DNA of 64,000 nt from contig JALDZS010000013.1 in NCBI GenBank assembly GCA_022813965.1, positions 1 to 64,000 on the forward strand, given 5' to 3'. The notes under the pieces were generated by a model. That model worked only from the letters and a program-made list of their open reading frames with translations. It was not told where the DNA came from and made no database searches. A program made the translations under genes and the position numbers. The DNA is from Toensbergia leucococca (lineage: Eukaryota). Numbering within the stretch: position 1 is the first letter of the stretch; every line of letters starts with the position of its first letter. This document shows, one piece after another, positions 23,653 to 34,528 of the stretch.

Positions 23653-26600
23653 ATGATGGACGCACTGGAGCACCATGCTTACTCTGTACACGGACATACC
23701 CGTAGTATCTCTTGTATGTAATTCAACCGACACAAGAGGAACCTCTGAATATTTTCAGCCTGAGAACTTGACGAGAAGCCTATCTACAAAGTTTATACTC
23801 TTAAGAATATGCGCTGACTCTTAAAGCTTTCGCATCCACTATAACTCCCATTTCTCCAACATTTCCTGCCCCCAAACCACTTGGGACTTCTCCGACCCAT
23901 TTAGAAGACGCTCCTGTCTACCCGATAGAGCTCGATATACCACTGCCATCGTCCAGTAATTGCTCGGACGATGGTCAAGATCTGGAGGGACTGGAAATTA
24001 GCGGACCTTCTCCTGCAATACTGGGATCTATCATCACCGAGGCCAGCGAATATACAAAAGGGCAGATACCAGTGGCGGGAGATGATGATGGACACGATGA
24101 TGATAGGGAAGAGAGTGCATCAACGCTCCCCGTCGAAGGCTATACAATCTCCCTGGAAGAACTTTCGCGATTGGCTAGACTTGAGAAATACCAGAACCGT
24201 CATGCCACATCAGGAAAATGCAGATCTCATGAACTTGCGCTTTCTTGCAGTCTACACACGAGACTGATACGTAGTACATCCCTGGCTTACCGCAGCTTGA
24301 TTGAATCGTTCAGGATGGACAAACAAGCAGATTTTGTGAAGATCTATGGAACCTGTGAAACTCTCCAGGAGGTCTGCACTTCTACTAGGCAGCTTGTTCC
24401 GCAAGCTGATCTACGTGATCTCAAAGACCAGGATCCAGATTTGACGCTTGCCCGTTCGGTTGCTTGGATCATGAGACTTCCACAGAAACATCGGGTAGGT
24501 ATCTTAGATTTTCTTACGATGATCAGAACAGAGCCAAACTTCTTAGCAGATCGTCTCTGTAGCCTATCGCCTTCAGAGCTTACTGCATTGTCTTCTGCTT
24601 ACCAGTCCGCTGGTGTTACTGACTCGATCCTTCATACCAATTTCCATGCCACTGCTCAAAATTTCCCCAAGGGCCGTTGGGCTGGAACTGACTCCCGCAG
24701 AGTACACCATATGCAAGGATTCCATAAGAAGGACCCCTTGTTTACTCTTTTCTATATCGTTTTCGATGACTCTGCAAAGCTAGGTTCTCAGGAACACTCC
24801 CGCAAGGGCGATATATTGTCTACAGCATGTGCTAGGATTCTGACCGATGGTAAACGAGGCAGTGATGATTTTGCATTCATGGCCTTGAATGCTTTTACTC
24901 CCTTGACCTCGTGGGCTTTCAAACCCAAGTTGGAAATGTACTTGATGAAATTACTACAAGATGGGGCGTTCCTCCTGGAAACACCTGCTAGTCAGCCAAT
25001 CGATTTTACACAGCCTGTGGAATCACGCAATGCTAGAGCCGCTGTTGCTGTATCTGAGTTCTTTGACAATGCGTTGAGAACCCTTTTTGACCTTTTGGTC
25101 GATGGATCGCTGGATGATAGTGTTCCAAAAGCCGTCGCAGCCTTTGTTCAAACCATATTGACGAAGATCAAGGACTCTAGGACTAAAGCCCGGGCTAAGA
25201 CTTTGATGATATCCAAGTGGTATTTCTCAATGTTCCTTTCATACGCCATCGTTTATCCAGAGGTGAGTATTCCTCTCAAGTGCAGCTACATCCTGATTTA
25301 ATAATACGACAGAGTCAAGGGATGATGATGACATCTCACATCAGTGATGAAGCTCGGCGGGCAATCTTCAGAGAACTCGTAGTTCGAATGCAGAAGCAGG
25401 TGTCTGATTTTACTTCTCCGTGGTACGTACAAAAGTCTGTCTTGAATTGAAGGCATTCCTAAACAATGTGTGATATAGGCAAAACACCATGCTAGTCGCG
25501 CCAGAAATCAAGAGCAAAATTGAGCAGATCATACAGCTTTTTGATCCGCTAGAAAGTACTGTATATTCAGCTTTGCCAAGGCTCGATCAGGGTGACAAGG
25601 AAGTCAAGATGTTCTTGATGTTGAGCCCTCAGGACGTTACCACTCTGATCGGGACCCTCTATCCCGAGCGCCTGCTTTCATCCAGTTCCATGAATTCTGT
25701 CTTTGATGCCAAATTATCCGCCGCCTCCTCTGCCACTGGATCCTCAACACTGACTACTGGCACAGCTGAGCACCGCAGTACTCTACCTTCCTCCACAGCA
25801 CCTAGCATTAGTGGAACCTCTATGACTAGTGATACTTTGTTGAGTGACTATTTTACTACTGACCCAGAGGCCGACCACGGTGATTCCCAGGCTCTTCAAC
25901 CCATGAATCAGCAGCTTGGGATGAAGGAGCCAATAGAGATTTCCGAGGATCTTGCTCAACAACTGCCAGGAATCTGTGATGAGCTTAAAAACCTATGTGG
26001 TGTGGAAGATGAGTCCGACACTTTCTCAGACAATCCGTCTGCCAGCGATTGGGCATCCATCTACGTCTTAAATGGGGGTGAGAAGCTTTCCCTCGGACCG
26101 TTTGACACCATTGGAGGCTCACAGCTATCTCCGTCCATTTCATGGGACAATGGCCATTCAGAGTCTGATGGAGTGGAATACAGAGCTCTAAAGGACGCGG
26201 TCCTGCAGTTTATTGATGACCATGACTCAAATCTAAACCAGACACAGCAGTCTGGAACAGCTCAAATAGTGCCGTCTTCTCAATATCTCAGGTCCATTTT
26301 TGAAGCTGGATTTCATGGAGCGATGATCAAATCCCGATCTCGTTTGGATTTCCAGACAGCACATTTCTGGTGGAAAAGCCTTCGACTTTTGCTTGGTTCC
26401 CAATCCGCTGATCTACCCTCTCTGCTTCATGAAGTATCTAAGGATCTCCTTACTAACATTGATGCTCATGTGCACTCCATCAAGCTTAATGATGCCTGGC
26501 TTCAGTCACTAGAGGATCTGCACCTACGTCAGAGAAGGATACTTCAAGACCTTGACAAGAGGCTCAAGGCTTTACGAATCAAGATGTGGTATGTTTCTGA

Positions 26601-28719
26601 TGTAAGGAATTCTTCCACTTATGAAGACGCTTTGAATGTTTCACGAGCCTTGAAAGCAATGGCAAGACCACCGCGTTCAAGGCAGTCTGGTAGTATAGGT
26701 AATTGGGCCCGCCACAAATTAAGACCCTCTACTGGACAGAATCGGCTAGAATCACAAACCCTTGAAATTCTAGCAGCACACCCCGATCATGGCGGACCAT
26801 CAAAATTAGCTGATGAGCAGGTTGAGCTGACCTCAAGATGGCTTACACGCAACAGCATTGAGAACTTCTGCAAAGGTGAAGAAAGAATACACAGGTTCTG
26901 CTTTGAGGTACAAAAATGTGTGAACAAACTCGCGGGGGGTAATCTACTTGAAAGTCCCGTGTTGTGGTCTAGTAGTCTGTTCGAACGTGAGAAGTTCATT
27001 TTGGATACGAGATCCCCTAGGGTCGGCGCTCATAACATACGAGGCGGATCTTCGAGCACGACTCCCAATATCACAAATCGTGGCAGTTCTCAATTTTCAT
27101 CGTCCATTGTCTCCCCTGCATATCCTCAGAATGCAATTACTTCCGACCGCCTTTGGAACATGCCCATAGCGGGTCAAGAGACCTTTGGATTTTCTAGTCA
27201 TGCCCAAGCAAGCTCTCAGGATACAATGCCTGTAAAACGTTCACCTGCGATGTTCTGGCCAACACATTCAATTGCAACACCGTTTCCAACATTCCCACCA
27301 AGAGCAATGGAGCCTGCTGCCCATTTCGGCGCCAACGCTCCCCTTCACGGTAGATCTGAGCAGGCAAGTGATGCGAAGAGTACATTCGTTGCCCATCTTA
27401 AACCAGCTCTTCGCAGTTTACTTATCAGCGATCTTGGCTATAGGCTATGGACGTATGGCAGTGAAACAGATTCCTGGGTCATCAGTGACCTTTCGTCTGC
27501 CATGCAAAATTCCCCACAAGAGGGTAAATCAGACGCCACCACAAGTCGAGCGGTGAAGGAAGAAACTTCCAGACCAGCCGAAGACACCGATCTCAGCGCT
27601 CCTGGCCGACTCGGCGATTATACTGAACCCAAATCCTCGAAACAGGTCGAGCCTTCAAAAATAAACTACGATCCTCAGTCTTTCGAGAGTAAAGTACCCG
27701 ATGATGCCACGGCCTCAAGTAGTCAAATATTCCAAACGCCGTTCCCATTTTCGGAAGCCTACAAGAAGCTACTCGAAAATCTATCCCTCAACCCCGATCC
27801 CTATGTGAAGCTTCAGATGCTGTATGAAGTTGAAATCCTTGCTCTCAACTTTATACACGACACCCGGGTTACTCAAATCATCGCCAACCCTCCTTCAGCA
27901 AAACCCACTCCCCGGTCTACTAATTACAGGCTATCCGGCACTCGAAGCAAAGGGGTGCCTAGGACCAAGGCGACCAGCCTGGAAGAGACCATCGCCAATT
28001 GTACTGAGCGACGAGCTGGCACCTTCAGACTCGGGAATCCTATTGCAATGCCAGTACGAGGAAGTACTGCTGATATTTGGTCCAACGAAATGGAGCCCGA
28101 TATCCCAGACACCGACGACATCGTGAACACGTTGCAATCTATCTTCCGGAGCGCTGATGTACGTCCCAAAACTTTATTCCGCGACCTCCAATACATCGCC
28201 GCCTTTATACCTTCCGACATCCTCGATAAGACGGAAAAGGGGAAAGCTTTCTGGGATGCGGGCCTAGCAGCCCTAGCGCTCAAAGAAGATCTCTGCGAAT
28301 CCATGATCGACCGCGCTAATAAAATCACGGCTTACCATCTTTCTACTCACAAAACCTCGGATCACTCCACCGATCCCGCCTCCACACAATTGCACCCTCT
28401 CGCAGCCACCACCCTCCGTGATGCAGCCCAGCTTTGGACTATTACCGCCAAAGAAGGCTCCCCATTCGCCGCTCGTGAACTTGGTCTCTTCTACCTTACC
28501 CATCCGGATCTCCTTCCACGCGTTACACTACCCTTATCCAAACCAAAGGACGTTTTCAAGTCAGCTTTGCCGACAGATCGCAACGGCGGAGAAGCAGAGA
28601 GACTAGATCCGTTGACATTTGCGATGGCATTTCATTGGATGGAAGCGGCGGCGAATGGAGGGGATAAGGACGCGAGGGACTTCTTGAGAGGAAATGGGGA
28701 GCTGAGCGCAGGGAGGTGA
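23653..28719 (+). CDS. Large (~1600 aa) fungal protein with RasGAP-like N-terminal region, C-terminal VPS9-like domain and Sel1-like helices; exons 23653-23713, 23827-25262, 25313-25422, 25479-28719
   Basis: Manual splicing gives a continuous frame (HGHTRSIS|SFASTITP; IVYPE|SQG; SPW|QNTML). Domain calls rest on motifs LDFLTMIRTEPNFLADRL, FLSYAIVYPE, PDTDDIV...LFRDLQYIAAF and AARELGLFY...AFHWMEAAANGGD. Confidence 0.75.
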
Positions 28720-29505
28720 GGATAAAGGGAGAAAGGGGTGGCTTTTGGTCTTTAGCATTTTAGAGTAGAGTATGGATCATGCTGTAAATATAGCATTCTT
28801 GTATTTTAAAGCAAATATGCTGTGCTCCAGAGGGACGTTGTACACATAGGTGTATTTGCAATTCAACACATTGAGAGTATGGAGTCGAGTCTTTGGAGTA
28901 TTATAGATGTGATGAGGATTATTATTTCTAGCATATGTTACCCATCCGTGTCGTAGAAAAAGCCATGTTAACAGTCTCTCTTCTCAAGGAGAGGCGCTTG
29001 GTATCAGAAATCCTGACGCTTTCCCCTACGCAGCCTCGCAGCTTCATATATGATATATGCGGATTCTAGAGCCATAGAACCTTCCCTGCAGCCTTTCGTA
29101 CCGTACCTTTCTCATCGTTTCCAATCACAAATCTCATCGCTGCGCCATCCCTGTTGGTACAGCACCACGCTTTTCACATCCACGTTCACGATCCATAGGC
29201 TGAATCCTCTCCACCCAATATACTTAGATGGGCGAGATTGTCAGCAGATACACAGCTGCCTATTCAATCTACGGAAAGAATGTTGTGCAGACTGGTGCCC
29301 TGGATCCGCTACTGCATCAGTCAATCCGGTTGCTCAGACATCACAAGCTGACCCACATGGCCTATTGGAACGCGTCCCTGTGGGAAGAACTGCATGCAGC
29401 GTCATCTGAAAAAGGCTCCTTTGAGATGGGATATATCATAGATTATAAACGAGGGAATCTGTCCTTTCTTTTCTGCTTCGAGCTGTGAGGGCCAGTTGCA
29501 TCACC

Positions 29506-30715
29506 ATGCTCTTTACTCGCTTGCCCTTTTTCGGCCTCCTCATCCTTGGATGCCTTTCTATCATGAGCGCGGCCGACTCCCCAGAATACATAAAGTATTC
29601 CACAATAACAGGTTTCTTCCAGCAAGATGACCCTGCTACCAACGCGAGCACCTTCAACTATGTGAGTAGCTAAACTAGGTTTTTCACATTGCCCGCTCAC
29701 TAAGAATCATAGAGCGCTACTAATTTCGGTCTGATCAATCGCACCTACCTTACCGACAGCGAATATGACCCTGGCCACACCAAAACTCAGTGGCAGCGTT
29801 TTGAGCACCAAGTCTACCTCTACAACCGTGAGAGCGGTTTTTGTGTACAATACAAAGTGTTCTACTTGGGTCGTCACGGCGAAGGTATTCACAATGCTGC
29901 CGAGACCTTTTACGGCACTCCAGCCTGGAATGTAGGTCTTGTTAGACGATCAGGGAATACCTTTGAGTCGCTAATGTTTCTGGCAGTGTTATTGGTCTGA
30001 AAAGGACGGGAATGGTACCGTCGTCTGGGCTGACGCTCATTTAACCAATACTGGCATCGCTCAAGCACAATCCGCAAACGCTTTCTGGGCCTCCGAAATC
30101 AGTAAGCAAAAGATCCCCACGCCGCAGACTTATTATACTAGTCCCTTAGATCGTTGTCTCGCCACTGCTAACATCACCTTCAGCGGTCTTAATGTCCCTA
30201 GCCGCCATCCCTTTATACCCGAGGTTAAGGAAGTGTTTCGAGAGGGCATCAGTGGACACACCTGTGATCGCCGCAGTAGTAAAAATTATATCCATGAAAA
30301 CTTTCCAGCATACATTATTGAACCAGGGTTTTCAGAGAACGATCTACTTTGGGAACCACTCCATGGCGAGACGCCAACGGATCAGGACATAAGGTCAAAG
30401 ACGGTACTCGATGAAGTCTTCTTCAACGATGACAGTACCTACATCTCAATTACAAGTCATTCTGGGGAGATCGCATCGATCTTAAGAGGTTAATTTTCTT
30501 CTTTCTATACAACATGGACGACCAGATAATTCTGGCATGCTAACGTGAATCCTCCAGTACTCGGTCACCAAGTATTTTCGCTAAATACCGGAGCTGTGAT
30601 ACCCGTGCTTGTAAAGGCAGAGACTGTAGCTGGTGCAGCGCCGACTACCATGAGTCAGTCATACACCACACTATCGACATGTACGTCCCGGCCTGCCAAT
30701 ACTGCGATATCTTGA
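29506..30715 (+). CDS. Secreted histidine phosphatase / phosphoglycerate-mutase family, Pmu1-like; exons 29506-29661, 29713-29931, 29987-30488, 30558-30715
   Basis: Signal peptide, LGRHGEGIHN (RHG motif), DAHLT, YTSPLDRC, HTCDRRS and SITSHSG. Three GT-AG introns. Confidence 0.9.
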
Positions 30716-31108
30716 GAGAAGCTTGGTAGATATTAGGGCTTTCTGAAAGAATTCGCGTTTATACATATAATACGTTCTTTTCCACGAGTTGTGTTAAAGT
30801 GAAACTCCATGCCAAGGACTAAGTCTGTTGCGAGCTAATTCAACTAACACTGTTTTCGATTCCGGTGAAAAGGACCAAGACCTTCAAGGCTTATCGACAG
30901 GCCGTCACTATGGCCGGATCTTGGTGTCTGACTCTCATCCTCTAAGCCCTTTTTTTTTTATCTTTGACTACCCGTTCAGCCAATATTACAACGGACGTGG
31001 GATCACCACAATATCTTGTCTGTCATGAAACGCAATTAATTTTTTGTCTTTACTAGAAAGACCTTAGTAGTCTACCTGTGAGGATGTATCTTGTACTCAG
31101 CACCTACT

Positions 31109-31637
31109 TTAAGCTAAATCACCCCCATTTTGCTTCCTACTTGCTCTATTCTCATTCAAAGACTCTTCGATATACTGGTTCAATCAGTAGCCTTCGAGTT
31201 GCTCCGGCTTGAGCTCCGCCGCTCCAACGAGCTGTCTCTTGCACACGCCATCTTGTGCATCAGAAGTACATTGGAAGGATTGAGCCATCTCCCATTCTGT
31301 GCTGGGATAGAAGAAGGTCAAGGAATCGCCTGGCTGTAAGGCTCGATCTTCGGAAACGCGGACTTCGAGCTTTGCCATGTCGAAGACTAAGGAAGGTATG
31401 CATGAATGGCTGCAGTACACCAGGTTCGATTTCAGCTCAACGGACGCTGTACGTGAGAGCTGTACTGTGCTGAAGACCCTTCGAAGGGCATGAGTGGCGG
31501 TCGTGATATTGACAAAGTGAGCGCCAGCAGGGAGGGACACCAGTGATCTGGCGCATGACGAAAAAGGTTCCTTGCCCCTGGATACTTCAAAGAAGATCTG
31601 GGTGGCTGGGCTGATGCCAGGTAGGATTGATTGACAT
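31109..31637 (-). pseudogene. Small stand-alone SET/post-SET domain gene, disrupted
   Basis: Reads MSINPTWHQPSHPDL, then a 1-nt frameshift near 31590, then ELKSNLVYCSHSCIPS (NHSC degenerate), GDSLTFFYPSTEW, QCTSD (post-SET CxC lost) and GY*LN with TGA at 31184-31186 where Trp is expected. Confidence 0.7.
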
Positions 31638-32163
31638 TTCCCTTCAATTCACGGCAAAGAAAGTCGAGATGAACGTTGCTGGAAAGAGGTTTGCAAGTTT
31701 AGGTCTCCTCAATCTCGTGGGTATCCGAGGTTTTGTGTTTATATAATGATAGTTAACATCCTATCTGATCGCTCCACACTAGGTACATGAACATCTGCAA
31801 CTTATGAGATGGCTCATTTCTCATAGCGAGGTTTTCTCCTCTTTTACGTTATCCCACTCATTTGGATTTTTCACCCATGTCCCTGAGCCTCGCGCATGAA
31901 CCTAAAGTTGACCGTGCTCAGTGGCTGGCTGAACTCATGGTTAGGGCTCATTGAAAGAGAAATGAGACACACCACTTGGTACCTGCAGACTAGCGATTGC
32001 AGCTTTCGGGTATCCTCAGACTCTGTCACGAATAATTAGGATGGGCTTGTCCTGAAGCGCACCACTTAGGCTCAGAAGCAGATGGAAGAGACTTGCAGGT
32101 AACTTTCTAAAGTGTCCATTGCTAGATGCGACGGCGATGCAGAGTCCTGGATTTACTGTTGGA

Positions 32164-33483
32164 CTATAATTTTGCCTTGTCACTGGCAGAAGATACGGAC
32201 GATGCCTCAGTCCTCAAATCAACTACCTCTCTAAGCTTACCACTCCTAGCATTATAGAGCAAGTCATGAACAGACACCCACTCGATGACTAAAGGATTGA
32301 TGAACCCATCTCGGACCTCCTCAGCCCATTCCTGATTGACTTTGTCCATCTCTTCCTTCACTTCCTTGCTCATTTGCTCTGGGTTCTGTGGGTGACTCGC
32401 GATCCTAAACACCATCTCGTCCTTTGAATTCGCCCGCCTTAATACAACCTGAAAACCATGAATGGCATCGCTTTTAAGTACGTTGGTGACGACAGTCCTT
32501 AAATTGGTCATGTCGTAGGAATTAGGTCCTACTCTTACTCCTACGTTACCCCTTCCCCAGAGGCGGAATGTGCGTGAGTCGTAGTCTATCCACTCAGCTA
32601 CATCGCCCATTGGATATCGAATGACAGGCGTCAGCCGTCGGAAGAGGTCCGTAAGAACCACACTCCCTCTTTCTCCTTCTTTGGTGATTGGTTGATCTGT
32701 GTCTGTGACCAGTTCAATAATCATGCTGGGCCTATTGACCGTGTACATGGCAGTACTCTCGTCACCATCGTCGGGTGGAGTGGCGGGGAGTCCCATGATT
32801 CCACCGTCTACTGACACATAGCAAAGGGGTCCGATCCGAGCACTGGGAAATGCCTTTCGAAGCATTGCCTTTTGCTCTTTGTGCAAAAGCTCTCCAACGA
32901 AGAGTAATACGCGAACGCTAGCCATTGGTTCATTCTGTTTGATCAAATATTCGCCCAAGCGGCACATAATGGTCGGCATAGCTACGAGCATGGTTGGGGA
33001 GTACTCTCGTAACGTCCAGACCTGACTCTCCAATGGCGCAACGCCAATCGACAAATGGACGTTGGGAACCGTGACTTCCATCAAGGCCAGACTTAGTTCC
33101 ACAAATCCTTTGTAGAGATCACCACCATAGAGTAGATTCGCAACACGGTCGCCGGGCAGCAGACCGGCTCGAACGAGGCACATGGCCATATTTTGGGCCC
33201 CTTGGCGAACTTCCTCCCGCGTGGAGTACGAAGCTTTTGGAATTCCCGTCGTGCCTCCGGTCCTGAATATTGCGCCATCAACAAAAGACGAGGTGATGAC
33301 CTGATTTTGGGAAGGAGAGTTGGTATTGGCGGCCCAGAAGCTTGTATGATCTACAATCGGAATCTGGGCGAGATCATTGACGTTCTCTGGCACATTCTCG
33401 TAATGTCTGCGGTAAAAAGGCGAATTTGTGCGAGCGAATGTGACAAGGTCTCGTACAGCGATTTCGACTGCTGAGAGAACCAT
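32164..33483 (-). CDS. Phenylacetate-CoA ligase (PaaK)-like adenylate-forming enzyme, intronless, 439 aa
   Basis: Motifs FARTNSPFYRRHY, P-loop-like TGGTTGIPK, LLFVGE, YVSVDGG, PVIRYPMGD and C-terminal RSGKLR. Confidence 0.85.
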   Translation of the reverse strand: MVLSAVEIAVRDLVTFARTNSPFYRRHYENVPENVNDLAQIPIVDHTSFWAANTNSPSQNQVITSSFVDGAIFRTGGTTGIPKASYSTREEVRQGAQNMAMCLVRAGLLPGDRVANLLYGGDLYKGFVELSLALMEVTVPNVHLSIGVAPLESQVWTLREYSPTMLVAMPTIMCRLGEYLIKQNEPMASVRVLLFVGELLHKEQKAMLRKAFPSARIGPLCYVSVDGGIMGLPATPPDDGDESTAMYTVNRPSMIIELVTDTDQPITKEGERGSVVLTDLFRRLTPVIRYPMGDVAEWIDYDSRTFRLWGRGNVGVRVGPNSYDMTNLRTVVTNVLKSDAIHGFQVVLRRANSKDEMVFRIASHPQNPEQMSKEVKEEMDKVNQEWAEEVRDGFINPLVIEWVSVHDLLYNARSGKLREVVDLRTEASSVSSASDKAKL

Positions 33484-34528
33484 TGTTTCCAGGAGGATAT
33501 CTCTCTACGATCGACCGGTCTCTTGAGTGGGACCTCGACTTTTGGGGTGAAGTGGAGGCCGGAAGTTTGGGTCGAGCTTTGGAAGAATTTTGGAGTTTAT
33601 GGTTACGAACGTGGCTGAAAAAGCGGGCATGGTTGTTGAGTCCAGACTGCTGTTGATAATCCTCCATTTGCCTCGTTCCGTTCGCTTCTACATGCCTGCA
33701 TGCCCTACAAACTTTGAAGTTTTTAGAGTCCTCGAGTTGGTCCCTCGCAGATGCTCGGGTTAAGCCACGCACTCAATGATTGGTGGAATATGGTTAGTCT
33801 ACCAGACGCTACTCATGCCAGATATCACTACCTAGTGAACTCCCACATTAATCACCGGGTTCGATTCACAGACACATGTTCATCAGTTCAATAGACCTCA
33901 GTTTGAGGGGTCAGGTAAATAGTCTCAATTGCTATTGAGAATTTTCTATCATATGTGCACTGACTGCATCAACAACGTTGAGCAATGAGACTGCTCTCAA
34001 TTCAAGCTCTGTTAGCACTATAGAATAACTACGGTGAGTACCTTAGGCTGAGGGGACTGACAAGAACTGAAAATAATCAACACAATTCCCTAAAAGAAAC
34101 AATTTCACATCCGCTGATCTCATTCTCAACCCCTCACCTAACTCCCAAAAAGAAAAAGGGGCATGTTTGACAAAAGATTTCAGAGAATATCTTCGCTCAC
34201 ACTCACACATCTCTTTGTCTCGATGAAAAGTTGAGAACGGGAATTTCAAAGAAAAGGAAAAAAGAACAACGGGGAAAAAACCACAGCCGGAAAATTAGAA
34301 TGAAAAACATTAGAAAACAATGACAGGGTTTGCCTTTGAACCTTTTTCCAGGTCAGGTAATGTGAACAGATGGCGGGGGCACGCAAAATAATGGAGCAAG
34401 AAAACTACGGCGTTTATCGTGTATAAAATTCTCCACATCCTTAATCTACCCTCAAGAATACGGCACAATACCGCCCCCGCTCCTCCCTACTCACCCCAAA
34501 CCCAAATCAAGAAGTACTTCCTATCCTC

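Noticed and set aside
33775..33880. tRNA-like A box (TGGTGGAATATGG) and B box (GGTTCGATTC)
   Set aside because: The T stem and acceptor stem do not pair; at best a degenerate remnant. tRNAscan-SE would settle it.
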